Source: a virus
Lineage: Duplodnaviria > Caudoviricetes
Virus record (IMG/VR): IMGVR_UViG_3300017569_000129
Location: 488 to 64,487 of that record
DNA: 64,000 nt
Direction: 5' to 3' (one strand)
The notes beneath the pieces were generated by a model that did not search any database, was not told the origin of the DNA, and saw only the letters and a list, made by a program, of their open reading frames with translations. Position numbers and translations under genes: made by a program. Below are positions 29,501 to 37,796 of the stretch, one piece after another; position 1 is the first letter of the stretch, and each line of letters begins with the position of its first letter.

Positions 29501-31986
29501 GCTCTTAATATATTACTTAATAATTTTGCAAACTCTTCTTTATCGTGTTCATTAAATTCATTAAGACGGCTTCCCCAACCATTGTTAAAACTATCCCACT
29601 GATGTTTCAATTTTAACGCATTCTCCTTAATGATTGTTCCTGTTCCATAGATAGTGTCGCCTGTTAAAAATATACTGTTTTCATAATTTCTGATTACGCT
29701 ATTCAAAGCTGACTCTTGTGCTACTGGAGCATTTAAAGTTAGAGATTTACCATTTTCATCAACTTTAACATACTGAATGAAAGATTTGTTGAAGTCATGA
29801 AAAAACGCTCCTATAGCCTGCTCATTTCTTGAAAGAAATTTTATTACATATTTTATCCATGGGTATTTTTCTATAGATTGCTCTAAAGCCGGAAAAGCCC
29901 ACTTAATGGGATTGCCCTGTTTATCTCTTTCTATAACTGTACAGAAGTCATCCGCATCAATCATTTCACAAAGTTCGTTTAATAGCACAGCGTGCGCGTA
30001 TTCACCGTTTAAGTACCTTTGATTTCCTAAATCATCTTTGATTCTTTTACCTTCATGATCAAACATGGGTATTACACTTAAACATTTTTTTGTCAGTTGT
30101 GACAAAGATAATCTCGGATCGACAAATCTTACTTTAAATGACCATCCATCATTGCCTGTAGCACGTGTACCAGCCTCATCATCATAAGAACCTTCATCAT
30201 CTTCCATATTTTGTTGCTGAGAATTACCTACTTCACCTTGAAGTTTACTACTGCCTTCTTTTTTGAAAGGAATAATTCTAAAATTTTCCAAGTATTGAAC
30301 TTTCTCAAGCGCTTCCTGTATTAATGCATCAAAATTATCAACCACTTTTTTAAACTCAACTTTTTCATAGTCAGTTTTAGAGGTTTTAGAATATTGTATA
30401 TAATCATCCTTCATCTTTTGAAAAAGATTATCCAAACCATAATGTTGTATAACAGCTCTTCTTTGCTCTGCATAAGAGCCATATCTCAAAATGTCTTTAT
30501 ATATTCTTAATTTATTGAGACCTTCAGACATGCTATCGACAGTATTTCTATACTGATTCTTTTCATCTTCTGAGGCATTTTCAGCAGGTTTGTTATCCTC
30601 TACAAATTTTTTAAATTCTTCCTCAGCTTCCCAGTATTCATTTTCTGCATTATTATTATCCTTATCTTTACGGAGATATTGACTAATTGTATTAGAAAAA
30701 TCTTGTGCAATCATTTCTGTTCTGAAGATACGAGTGTGAGGGTCTATATCTCTGTTTAGTTTTGATAATGGGTTAGTGACAGACACTTGCATATCAGAAG
30801 TGGAGGTCTGGTAGTCTGAGGCTTTTTCATAATTTGCCTGCATCTCTTCTCCTAATTCATTAATATCCAATCCCCTCGTATCTTTTTTATATTGCTGCGC
30901 CAATGCCCTAAATCCAAAATAATTTGAGAATATATCATTCATAGCAGAAACAGTTTCTTTTCCCAGCGCTTTATAAAAACTTTTTTTAAGAGCCTTTTTC
31001 CCTGTAAGCAAAGCATTCTTAGTTAAAGTAGGAGTTTCTTCTTCTATGAAATTTTTACCATTCCAAGTAAACCATTTTAATTTTTCAGTATCCCAAATGT
31101 GAACAGGGATAGGATTAAGGTGTCCGTTTTCATCTCTACGAGTTGTGGCATATCTTACATATATGCCATCTCTGCCGTCCACAGTACTAAAAGCAGCTTT
31201 ATTTGTTACTTCAATACCATCGTTATATGTTACAGTTTCTCCTGGTGCAGAAATATGTCCTATTACAAATAAAGAGTCTGCAAGGTCTATTTTAGAAAGC
31301 GCAGCTCTATCAATAATAGCCTTTTTTCGTTCTTCGTTATTCGTAACATCATCTCTTGTCCAAGTAAGAGATACTTTTAAGGCATTCCTGTGCATTCCAT
31401 TTGCATAATCAGTAATCTCTTTATAAATATTATTAAGACGAATTTTCTCCTGTATAGGAAGTTTAAACCAACTTGAAAGAGTGGCACTTCCCATAGTGCT
31501 ATGTTTTTTCTCATCCTCTTCTTCATCTGAAACAAACCCATAACTCATTCCAATCTTTCTCCATGCAACACTGGAGATGCTGTTAGAATCTATGACATTT
31601 ACTGACATTTGCTTAGCTTTTTCTTTAGCTTCAGCCTGTAATGCCAAATATTCATCAGAATAGGCAGTCCAAAGAGTGTCTGCTTCAGGTCTTTTTGAAA
31701 TTTTTTCAGAACCCTCTTTTGGAGATTCTACTATTTTATCCTGATCAACAGCCATTCCTCTTTGGGTAGTTTCCTGTTCTTCATTATTTACTTTTTGTAC
31801 TGTAGAAATTTTTTCAAATTGCTTTTGTATAAAATCATAGAGTTCCTCTTCTGTAGGAATATCAGTAGTGTTATTTGAAAGTTGCCAACTGTTTATTTTT
31901 TGTAATACAACTGCTTCATTTATATTATACTTTTTAGCATAATATCTCGATAACGGTGAAGACCAAGCACATTTTTTATTAGCCAT
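23542..31986 (-). CDS. crAss-like virion DNA-dependent RNA polymerase (2814 aa, phi14:2 gp66-like)
   Basis: Catalytic GSDFDVDK (26443-26457), preceded by GYRIPTENKYS; also FESAVKTG, DAQAF, DFQKRFK. Confidence 0.9.
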   Translation of the reverse strand: MANKKCAWSSPLSRYYAKKYNINEAVVLQKINSWQLSNNTTDIPTEEELYDFIQKQFEKISTVQKVNNEEQETTQRGMAVDQDKIVESPKEGSEKISKRPEADTLWTAYSDEYLALQAEAKEKAKQMSVNVIDSNSISSVAWRKIGMSYGFVSDEEEDEKKHSTMGSATLSSWFKLPIQEKIRLNNIYKEITDYANGMHRNALKVSLTWTRDDVTNNEERKKAIIDRAALSKIDLADSLFVIGHISAPGETVTYNDGIEVTNKAAFSTVDGRDGIYVRYATTRRDENGHLNPIPVHIWDTEKLKWFTWNGKNFIEEETPTLTKNALLTGKKALKKSFYKALGKETVSAMNDIFSNYFGFRALAQQYKKDTRGLDINELGEEMQANYEKASDYQTSTSDMQVSVTNPLSKLNRDIDPHTRIFRTEMIAQDFSNTISQYLRKDKDNNNAENEYWEAEEEFKKFVEDNKPAENASEDEKNQYRNTVDSMSEGLNKLRIYKDILRYGSYAEQRRAVIQHYGLDNLFQKMKDDYIQYSKTSKTDYEKVEFKKVVDNFDALIQEALEKVQYLENFRIIPFKKEGSSKLQGEVGNSQQQNMEDDEGSYDDEAGTRATGNDGWSFKVRFVDPRLSLSQLTKKCLSVIPMFDHEGKRIKDDLGNQRYLNGEYAHAVLLNELCEMIDADDFCTVIERDKQGNPIKWAFPALEQSIEKYPWIKYVIKFLSRNEQAIGAFFHDFNKSFIQYVKVDENGKSLTLNAPVAQESALNSVIRNYENSIFLTGDTIYGTGTIIKENALKLKHQWDSFNNGWGSRLNEFNEHDKEEFAKLLSNILRAMGFDVSEKYILGNFQLLAHDPKRGDKNWKKLKQSITYILNETSGSIKRNDNTKSKGFKNDDNYVLFFKQDLKKIASIVGQISELDHVQSFREGEETRFSYSATNYIINMVKSIKNDSRREQFIKKEFKEDPWFFKNNKFRNEWINLLSSDSYEGEYLREKLQVFEVISLNEGSKEQGNLETVVYADWNERQTWKVLFAQYFKYGDYQEAGTALADYNMPIFSDSPTCMFITMKKYIDEENGNRRTYKEQLLPHFVDIVIQELDRIGLVKDRNKSGVATIQNFDKRGDKFCFFPELNNYRMSDGRLFSETCKEYIKAGDYETLREIIAIAINDIMDSLYQEFITNFSLQDLQEFGKQLQHLKVIDKAYVKKEDIREQVIVKLENYFWNSTFATSQIIQMTTTDLAFYKNPLDFQKRFKEVYAAGNRLNTNTKYGRKIENTLYIRDSIQTASRYTGLKKQLEMAVSEGWLTPGQREWILEGAKNINVADAQAFRNPYAFRAILDMMGKWNDEMEESFNRLLTGKYDHKDLSVIYQIVKPFLFTNDFKDSGTLNEKSPYYGRKIRVSHQNKNSEFLVLAFYDLIAASLQKSDFLKGIGRFFAAHPDVDVIQFESAVKTGGQGIINLNYNDEALTSKVESLYEDGTLTEEDFDSIGVIDGVPVFEDFKKIMDKYLDEGNLSQDAYNNIMSDIEPTDGEVFDALEAAIAPKNEDGTANLQALDIQNNSFDHEVLHQHSYTDYMVAQPTPEHLMDQENATSGSQFRNLILANLPENFHITLTIEGKDYILNRQQIRDLYRGAIVNNLLDSYEKVSKTFGNIHQLQQYIFSIIKGNPKYGSDIIEALQIIEIPNPLSPNETMEVFNLPMDLPTISNQVQELLTSIFKNNITKQTINGGNCIQVACCGLSRHLNIERDENGNIIAAECMLPAWSKKFFTRYLKKGKKTVKTLKDAVSHEEGFEYIDIETMQRECPDILRMVGYRIPTENKYSMLPLKVVGFLPQQNGSAIMLPADITYIAGSDFDVDKLFLRIPAIDDAYYKRTGKIRKLQYSLEDLDVYTKNNETWKITSKGNMSKEQRDNLMIDIEYAILTSSWGSSQVYFPGNFDNLKKQKKLSQIISNPKLTEQFIAVFGNYGHQENGNIVYSEEERTEIRNRAMDAASILELFNKKDNAGKDIVTLKALDTFLEEYQPAINSLIPSTFVYFHSQNMTGASLIGVYANGSSVHTKAQETNLRLAKGQEVKVNGRVLSSLHEQRRQEIINGELVDADYIQNTIAEFQAASVDNAKDQVLADLYQNMFTAGNTLLMARLGMSVEEIALVFGVVKQQLTLKQLEKVSAKLKKHWDIKGDFPRTELIEITSEELLQAQLYANKYPQLLQAIRNYSSTDKESVSAFYNSIEDSSISKEDMLNMLYLLWKGYSFYEHINSLKKELKLGNDIMKADSPNNALATTFPAALLQRRQVDIVAKKLELYKSSFRGLGNSSSQTVKEFIENNKITTLDSRETMERTLMQSRLPAVQAFYSLGMELPISVMQRYFVQGLPELINLCDAIMDQTKDGVMTERQINDFFKEFMQFILTDTKTFGDNEEETFNVKRAYYLYRFPKREIFKATVNRIEELRNNPTVSRMISVGDIYPIIKLPRSGKMTPQMKAAVRRDLNALLYSPNPEVVKFAKDLFLYSFYNNGFNYKGETFGTYFDATYWNAFPEVIKQLRTFKYDSEHLASLMQKFKMQWLANHAREDIIRTYSSAKQSVIYNEDGSVSLKQGNLFNIWDSGAPNKYIRVPKEKGSKEMRIFELDRSSYNPKENNNDSLLIYKPLPLFDEPGPVYNANDSAYNMQKSYWNNRLVLIEEKKKALDKKKNKKSVRQSISIDNTETTDSPSADALAETNGEIDTDESNAVLASTVSSPEEEQDESNAAIIASVNTEDDDVTWAEQNETSFANIEEALKISEEEMMRRIHFENLSGNFDNHKDNNERIQNLSALADKVLKEEKSC

Positions 31987-32009
31987 ATCAGTTTAAATTT
32001 TATTTTCTG

Positions 32010-32017
32010 CAAAAATA
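32010..32017 (-). promoter_or_regulatory. Bacteroidota -7 promoter element upstream of the RNAP gene
   Basis: TATTTTTG on the minus strand, ~24 nt before the ATG. Confidence 0.55.
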
Positions 32018-32115
32018 AAATTGTTTTTATAACTGATATAGGGGGATATAATTCCTTTTAAATGTTCTAAAAAGATTTATAGATAATCCTAAATACAAAA
32101 TTAATATTATGAAAG

Positions 32116-32460
32116 TTATTCTTTATAATAAAAAGTAACTGTTCCTTTGTGTCTGTTATCAACACTACGCGGTTGCAACTCCCAACTGTAATACAACTTT
32201 TTAGTTTCTTGGTAAGACCCCAGCAAATAAGGATAAATACCCATAAGTTCATAAAAAACAGTATAGATATGAGTATCTACATGTTGGTCATCTGTATCGG
32301 CAATTTCCATTCTTCGTTGTTTTTTGTCGTCCACATAGTGCAAATGAAATATAAAAACCATGCCGTTTTCCTTGTCATCAAAAAAAATGTTTCTCGATGG
32401 TTCTGTAGTAGAGACATAAAAAGTCTCGGTTTTAATTGTAACGAGGTTTAGCATACGCAA
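32116..32460 (-). CDS. Hypothetical protein (114 aa) with its own promoter
   Basis: AT-rich ORF; TATCTTTG promoter element at 32479-32486 on the minus strand. Confidence 0.55.
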   Translation of the reverse strand: MRMLNLVTIKTETFYVSTTEPSRNIFFDDKENGMVFIFHLHYVDDKKQRRMEIADTDDQHVDTHIYTVFYELMGIYPYLLGSYQETKKLYYSWELQPRSVDNRHKGTVTFYYKE

Positions 32461-32510
32461 TGTTCAGTTAGTGCGGTGCAAAGATACAACTAAAACCGAG
32501 ATTTTCAAAA

Positions 32511-33056
32511 TTATTTCAGATTTTCCACAATGCTGAGGAAGTTTGACGACCACTCGACATCCCCTTCGACATTCCTTATGGCCTTGAACAGGAAGTGGGG
32601 AAGGGTTTGCATAAACTGCCTGTCGTCCTTGAAGGAGTCAACATACCTCATAGCCGCCTCCACAGCCTTGTCTTTAGGGATATGCGTGTGCGCCTTGTAC
32701 TCAAGGAGCTTCAGCCTGTGGGCAATGGCAGGGACGGCTCCTCCCCAAAGGATTTTAGTGCCTGCCTTGAACCCCTTTGGGAAAATCTCAACAAGAGCCT
32801 GCGCTATCTCCTCGTACTTGGAGTCATCCGTGTCCGCTGAGCTCACGCTGTCCACAAACACGTTCTGCACCATCTCTATCCCCTCTTTGGAAACCACATA
32901 GCCGTGAGGAGTCTTGATGTTGAAGCCCAAGTGGTTGGCCTCCCGCATCACCTCGTCATTAATGTAACTGTGAAAATAAAGAGAAAGGACGTGAAAGAAC
33001 ACGTCCTTTGGAATACTCTTTTTCTTAATCTTTTCAGTGTCTATTGTAAACTTCAT
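32511..33056 (-). CDS. Putative replication initiator/loader-like protein, paralogue of 57239..57850
   Basis: MKFTID, FPKG.K.GT, AAMRY and FLFK align by eye with the 57239..57850 product. Confidence 0.6.
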   Translation of the reverse strand: MKFTIDTEKIKKKSIPKDVFFHVLSLYFHSYINDEVMREANHLGFNIKTPHGYVVSKEGIEMVQNVFVDSVSSADTDDSKYEEIAQALVEIFPKGFKAGTKILWGGAVPAIAHRLKLLEYKAHTHIPKDKAVEAAMRYVDSFKDDRQFMQTLPHFLFKAIRNVEGDVEWSSNFLSIVENLK

Positions 33057-33100
33057 AACCTTCTTTTAGTAATTAATAATTTTTCAGGTAAAACAGTTAG

Positions 33101-33412
33101 TTATTTTCTTTCTCCAAACAAGCCGTTGAGAATTATCTTAGAGAGACCGAGGATATTGATTGTTGTAGTTGCCAACAAGATACAAAGCACTTTAGCATCC
33201 ACACTGATGAACGCAGTTATAAGCAGCACTGCCAATAACCACATACTCACAACACTCATCATCCACCAGACAAGTGTGTTTCGGTGTTTGGTATCCTGCC
33301 TGAATCTGAGCGCCTGCTGTTCTTCAAGAGAAAGTATATCGGGGTTCTTAGAGCTTGTCTCCTCCTTACCCTTTGTCTCCACATTGATATTACTGAACGT
33401 TCTCCGTTTCAT
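33101..33412 (-). CDS. Two-TM membrane protein, candidate toxin of the Panacea pair
   Basis: Two hydrophobic helices; overlaps the Panacea gene by 23 nt. Confidence 0.6.
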   Translation of the reverse strand: MKRRTFSNINVETKGKEETSSKNPDILSLEEQQALRFRQDTKHRNTLVWWMMSVVSMWLLAVLLITAFISVDAKVLCILLATTTINILGLSKIILNGLFGERK

Positions 33413-33875
33413 ATATAATGTTTGTAAAGAAGTTCTTTATATCAACATCACTCATTTGGTCTCCCCATTTAAATCCTTGCACATTGACAGTATGCTCCCA
33501 TGGCGAGTCTGCCTTATGTGACCAGCTTGTAAGTTCTGACGCAGACCAATTTCCAAAGCTGCGAAACACAAGCGTTAAAAGCTCCATAATATCCTTGTCT
33601 CTTTTTATACAATCAAAGCAAGCCTCTTCCATACTTATGGCATGAATATTCTCCTTCAGGAGCTTGTTTCTCGTTGTCGGGAATACAGGGCCGTAAGGCC
33701 ATGCTTGCGGATGCTCATCCACAAGTCTTTCTTCTTCTACAGCTAAGAATAAGCCATAAGCAACATACAGCAATTTTTGAATTTTCGTCATATTAATTGA
33801 GAACCCTTTGTCATTGGCGTAAGCTGCTATAAGCCTGGCCATTAGCACGCTGTTGTATTTACCACTTTGTTTCAT
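33390..33875 (-). CDS. Panacea-domain (DUF4065/SocA-like) antitoxin
   Basis: KIQKLLY, QAWPYGPV and ELTSWSH..SPW signatures; start MKQSGK; TATATTTG promoter at 33893-33900. Confidence 0.85.
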   Translation of the reverse strand: MKQSGKYNSVLMARLIAAYANDKGFSINMTKIQKLLYVAYGLFLAVEEERLVDEHPQAWPYGPVFPTTRNKLLKENIHAISMEEACFDCIKRDKDIMELLTLVFRSFGNWSASELTSWSHKADSPWEHTVNVQGFKWGDQMSDVDIKNFFTNIIYETENVQ

Positions 33876-33982
33876 AGTTACATACTGATGCGCAAATATA
33901 GACATAAAATTTGATGTTTGTCCAATTTTCATATTATATTTAGATAATTTTAGACCAACAAACAAACGCCCTCATGTAAACT

Positions 33983-34270
33983 TCATAACTTACCTTCTCT
34001 GATTTTAATGATTTCCTCTTCAATTCTATTGATTTTTTCATCCAAAACCTTAGTGTCAGGCTCTGGATAGTAATTCTGAGGAGTCTGTCCTCCCACGCCT
34101 TTATAAGCGTCAAGAGAGAGATTATGCGAATAGGATTTATACAGATCAGCTCGCTTTCTGTGCAGCTTCTCAAGCTCCTCTTCTAATGGCATTATCTTGT
34201 TTTGGCGAGCTACCCATTTTTCTCCTTGCCTTTTCAGGAAACCTTGCACTGTATCAAAATCTAATTCCAT
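33983..34270 (-). CDS. Hypothetical coiled-coil protein (95 aa)
   Basis: ORF tiles with co-directional neighbours. Confidence 0.6.
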   Translation of the reverse strand: MELDFDTVQGFLKRQGEKWVARQNKIMPLEEELEKLHRKRADLYKSYSHNLSLDAYKGVGGQTPQNYYPEPDTKVLDEKINRIEEEIIKIREGKL

Positions 34271-34282
34271 AAGCGTCTTATT

Positions 34283-34528
34283 TTAATCATCAAGGATAAG
34301 GGCGTTCTTGCCCAGGGCTTCAATGATGTTGGTCTTAGCGCCCAATTCCTTATCAGTGAGCTCCTGCTCTGTGTCGTCACTAAGGTTAAGCACATACCAC
34401 TTAGAGCCATCGTAAGTGATGTGCTTGCTGCTCCTAAGCCCGAAATTGAGTTTTATGTAGCAGTCACATCCCTCGCTTCTTGACGAGAGGGCCTTGAGAC
34501 TGTCAATGCCTGTTATTACTTTTTCCAT
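34283..34528 (-). CDS. Hypothetical protein (81 aa)
   Basis: ORF with AT-rich leader. Confidence 0.65.
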   Translation of the reverse strand: MEKVITGIDSLKALSSRSEGCDCYIKLNFGLRSSKHITYDGSKWYVLNLSDDTEQELTDKELGAKTNIIEALGKNALILDD

Positions 34529-34550
34529 AATCTGTTTGCTTTAATTGTCA

Positions 34551-34865
34551 TTACTGGTTATTGTCATCCTCCTCAATCTTATACCTCTTGAAGTAGAGAG
34601 TATGATGATTAAGGGCATATTTTATAGCGGTCGCTGAACAGCCGAGCGCCTCAGCGGCTTTTGAGAGAGGCTCGTAATGAGTGACCTCCCCTGTGCGCAT
34701 ATCAGTGACTTTGACAGCCCTAAACTTCCTGGCTATAGGCTTCTTGAACACATAGAAGTCTTTATCAACGGCGCAAAGCTCCCATCCCTGGCTGCCGAAG
34801 CTGTCAAGCTCCTCTTCAGAGGGATGGGAGCGGAAAATGTGAGTCTTGTACTCAAATTCTATCAT
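34551..34865 (-). CDS. DUF4177-like domain fused to a NUMOD1-like HTH
   Basis: FEYK..LDSFGSQGWELCAV..FKKP followed by D..TGE...LSKAAEALG. Confidence 0.6.
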   Translation of the reverse strand: MIEFEYKTHIFRSHPSEEELDSFGSQGWELCAVDKDFYVFKKPIARKFRAVKVTDMRTGEVTHYEPLSKAAEALGCSATAIKYALNHHTLYFKRYKIEEDDNNQ

Positions 34866-34891
34866 ATTCGCAAATGTTTAAGACGGACAAG

Positions 34892-35143
34892 CTATTTGTC
34901 CTCCACTTCCAATGTATATTCCTCATTATGATCTCCACAGGTCATACACCATCCTAAGTCCTTGTACTCTCCATGAGTACACAGAATTTGTATCAATACC
35001 TCCTGCAAGTCAGAGAGGCTGTCAGTGTAGTCAATGAGCACATGAGCAGCCTTGCGCACTTCCTCAACAGGCATGTCAGCGGTTTCCTTGCCATTGACAG
35101 TAAGACTGTTACGTGTGCATCCTTCGCTATATTGAAATTTCAT
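34892..35143 (-). CDS. Hypothetical protein (83 aa), C-terminal CxxC
   Basis: ORF with CMTCGD. Confidence 0.6.
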   Translation of the reverse strand: MKFQYSEGCTRNSLTVNGKETADMPVEEVRKAAHVLIDYTDSLSDLQEVLIQILCTHGEYKDLGWCMTCGDHNEEYTLEVEDK

Positions 35144-35164
35144 ATCAGTTATAAGTTTTAATTG

Positions 35165-35494
35165 TTAATTGAACACAAAAGACAGCCAGTTGTAATAAGC
35201 TCTGTTCTTGTCATAACCATCGACACTCTCCATCAGATAAGCCTCCTGCTCAAAGGAGACATGCCTGTAGGCGGTGTGGAAGTTCCAGTAGCGGAAAACC
35301 TTTACGAGCCACTCCACAGCGTACCACAAGTAGAAGAAGACATATAATGTTTCCCTCATCTGCGCCGTGTGTATCGCCTCGTGCGTCAAATCCTTTTGGC
35401 TCATCTTAGCTTCCTTGCGGACAAAGAGGACACCAAAGAGATTGACTGCCTTGTACCCCTTGAAGGGGATAATGTTGTTATATACTATTTTCAT
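35165..35494 (-). CDS. Small HExxH (zincin-like) membrane-associated protein
   Basis: HEAIHTAQ, FFYLWY..EW and SFEQEAY motifs; start MKIVYN. Confidence 0.7.
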   Translation of the reverse strand: MKIVYNNIIPFKGYKAVNLFGVLFVRKEAKMSQKDLTHEAIHTAQMRETLYVFFYLWYAVEWLVKVFRYWNFHTAYRHVSFEQEAYLMESVDGYDKNRAYYNWLSFVFN

Positions 35495-35495
35495 G

Positions 35496-36002
35496 TCAGC
35501 TAAATTCTGTTGAGTCACTAAACCTTAAATGCCACTTGTCCTTGCTGAAAGTTTCAACATGGCTGCTGTAATCCACAGGATGTGAGGGCTTAAAGTACTT
35601 AACTTTATACTTTTCAGGATGTTCAAGATAGTCATTCCAACGCTTTAGTTTATACTGTGAATAGGATTTCAAGTCCCAACCGTCTTTCTCACTTTCCACC
35701 ATGTCCCAGAAGTCCTTGAGGGAAACCTTTTCTCCGTACTCATCAATGAAAGCGCCTCCAGCAAGAATTTCCCTTTGCAGGAAATCGTTTATAGACTCCT
35801 GCGTCGGCTGATAATACTTCCAGTTGTTATGGTTGAAGAGGAACTGCCAGCCTACAGAGGACTTGCCTATATGAATTTCCTTAAACTCATCAAGAGCTTC
35901 TTGGAGACTGCCATTATAGATGTTCTCTTCTGTAACCAAAGACTTCAGCCTTTTCATTGCAGGCAGGGGAATATGTCTTCTTAAATAATAATTAGTTCCC
36001 AT
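35496..36002 (-). CDS. Phage hypothetical protein (168 aa)
   Basis: MGTNYY, HIGKSSVGWQF and IDEYG motifs of a common phage family. Confidence 0.7.
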   Translation of the reverse strand: MGTNYYLRRHIPLPAMKRLKSLVTEENIYNGSLQEALDEFKEIHIGKSSVGWQFLFNHNNWKYYQPTQESINDFLQREILAGGAFIDEYGEKVSLKDFWDMVESEKDGWDLKSYSQYKLKRWNDYLEHPEKYKVKYFKPSHPVDYSSHVETFSKDKWHLRFSDSTEFS

Positions 36003-36005
36003 TTG

Positions 36006-36329
36006 TTAATGTTTCGTTTCTCCTAACTTGGCTTTGGCATATTCAAGGTCTGTAGTCCAATAGACATAATCCCAAGAAGTGCCAAAATGAGTAACACATA
36101 GAACATACAGATCAAGCATTTCAGAGTAACCAAATGCAAGACCGAAATGCTCTTGCAGGTATTCAACATCCTCTTTGGAAGCGTCAGTAAGAAAATACTG
36201 GTAGATTTCCTCATTTTCTTCCAGTTCCGGATAATTGAAATCAGGGTCTTTCTCCACTATGTCATTACAGAGGATATAGTTATTATGTAGCCAATGCGTT
36301 GCCACATAATAGTTAGTATTGTATTCCAT
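36006..36329 (-). CDS. Hypothetical protein (107 aa)
   Basis: EIYQYFL and LYVLCVTHFGTSWDYV motifs. Confidence 0.65.
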   Translation of the reverse strand: MEYNTNYYVATHWLHNNYILCNDIVEKDPDFNYPELEENEEIYQYFLTDASKEDVEYLQEHFGLAFGYSEMLDLYVLCVTHFGTSWDYVYWTTDLEYAKAKLGETKH

Positions 36330-36334
36330 AGTTA

Positions 36335-36664
36335 TTAATTAATGTTTGAGTGGTTATGCAGGTAAGCGTCAAGCATAAAGGCGTAGCAGCCCAAGTCCGT
36401 AACGGTGTCTTCAATCTTCTCATCAGCTATCGCAGGCTTGTTCTTAACGAGATTGACAAGCCTGTTCATCTTGTCATAAAGACGCCCCACTGCATAAGGA
36501 AGACCGATTTCATCACAGCCTTTAGCAAAGCTATTACCGTAATCATGGTTCTTCTTAGCATAGAGACAGACAGCTTTTACGCACTGCTCAAAGAAATCCA
36601 ACACTTCTGATGTGATAAAATCAACACCTTGTTCCTTCAGAAATTGAATTGCATTATCATTCAT
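36335..36664 (-). CDS. DUF1599 / nucleotide-modification-associated domain protein
   Basis: KKNHDYGNSF, RLYDKMNRL and EDTVTDLGCYA. Confidence 0.8.
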   Translation of the reverse strand: MNDNAIQFLKEQGVDFITSEVLDFFEQCVKAVCLYAKKNHDYGNSFAKGCDEIGLPYAVGRLYDKMNRLVNLVKNKPAIADEKIEDTVTDLGCYAFMLDAYLHNHSNIN

Positions 36665-36941
36665 AATATTGTTTTAATAATGTAAACCGTCATTTAGCTT
36701 TCGTCCACAGAACGGACAATACTGAAGACAGTGTTTCATGTCTTCAGCGTTATAGAACTATATGCTCAACATCCAGGTTGGAGCATACAGTTCTTTCTTG
36801 CTATCATGCTTATTATTATAACCATGAGTAAGTTTTTCGCACAGACTGCACATATATCACCAAATTAAACCAGTTACAAACCCTATAAAGTAGGCAAGGA
36901 TGAGGATGGACAAGTCTATAAACACATCTATTTTATCCTTA

Positions 36942-37793
36942 TTAAAATTCATAACCAAGCTGTTTTAATTGTTCTTTAATCATATTAGCTATTATCTGAC
37001 AGTTTGGATGAGCTTTCTTATCGCTACGAAGAGCTATAATCTTCTTCCATTCTTCTATGGAGTAAGTATAGACTACTTCAGTAGCGGTATCAAGAGGAAG
37101 AACACCGCGAGCATCTTGACGTTTAATACCATTCGCAATAAGAAACTCATAATCCCTGAAAGCATAATCGCAGGTGCTAAGATAAGCTGCTTCTGGAGTA
37201 CTATGAGTAAGAATGTCTTTATTCCAAGCATCAGCTATTTGCTTACTTATCCAATGAGGTCTTACAATAGTACCATCTTCACGCACATAGCGTGAGCTTC
37301 TCTCAGCAATATTGTTAGGAGAAACCCTGTTAAGCTCACGAGAAGTGCTGATTTGGGTAGTAATATGGAAAGTATAACGCATCATTGAATGGCCTGGATC
37401 CCCGTTATTAGTATTATTAAAAATTTGCGGACTTGTTTGATGTTTCTTTATGAGTTGTCCAAACTGAGATTTCCCATAGTCAATTCTAAAATTGCCGTTT
37501 GCAACAACATAAGTGTTCCACATATCATGCCTTATATCTATGTATGGAGAACCAAGCTCAAAAACTTTAAGGGCTTCTTTAAACTCATACGCTTCACTGT
37601 TGGGTATTATAGAATACACGCTCTCATGTCTGAACATGGAAAAGTGTCTGGCTTTAAGAAGGTTCTCAACCAGTTGTCGGTCTGTTGATTTGCCTTCCGT
37701 CTTGCCATAGCACACTCTTGCACATTTGGCAATATGGGAAACAGGGTCATTGCCCTGCTCCCATAATTCTACTTTTGGTTCAATAATATTCAT
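36942..37793 (-). CDS. thyX: FAD-dependent thymidylate synthase
   Basis: ARVCY, HFSMFRHE, SRELNR..ERSSRYV, ARGVLPL and LR..KAHP. Confidence 0.9.
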   Translation of the reverse strand: MNIIEPKVELWEQGNDPVSHIAKCARVCYGKTEGKSTDRQLVENLLKARHFSMFRHESVYSIIPNSEAYEFKEALKVFELGSPYIDIRHDMWNTYVVANGNFRIDYGKSQFGQLIKKHQTSPQIFNNTNNGDPGHSMMRYTFHITTQISTSRELNRVSPNNIAERSSRYVREDGTIVRPHWISKQIADAWNKDILTHSTPEAAYLSTCDYAFRDYEFLIANGIKRQDARGVLPLDTATEVVYTYSIEEWKKIIALRSDKKAHPNCQIIANMIKEQLKQLGYEF

Positions 37794-37796
37794 ATT

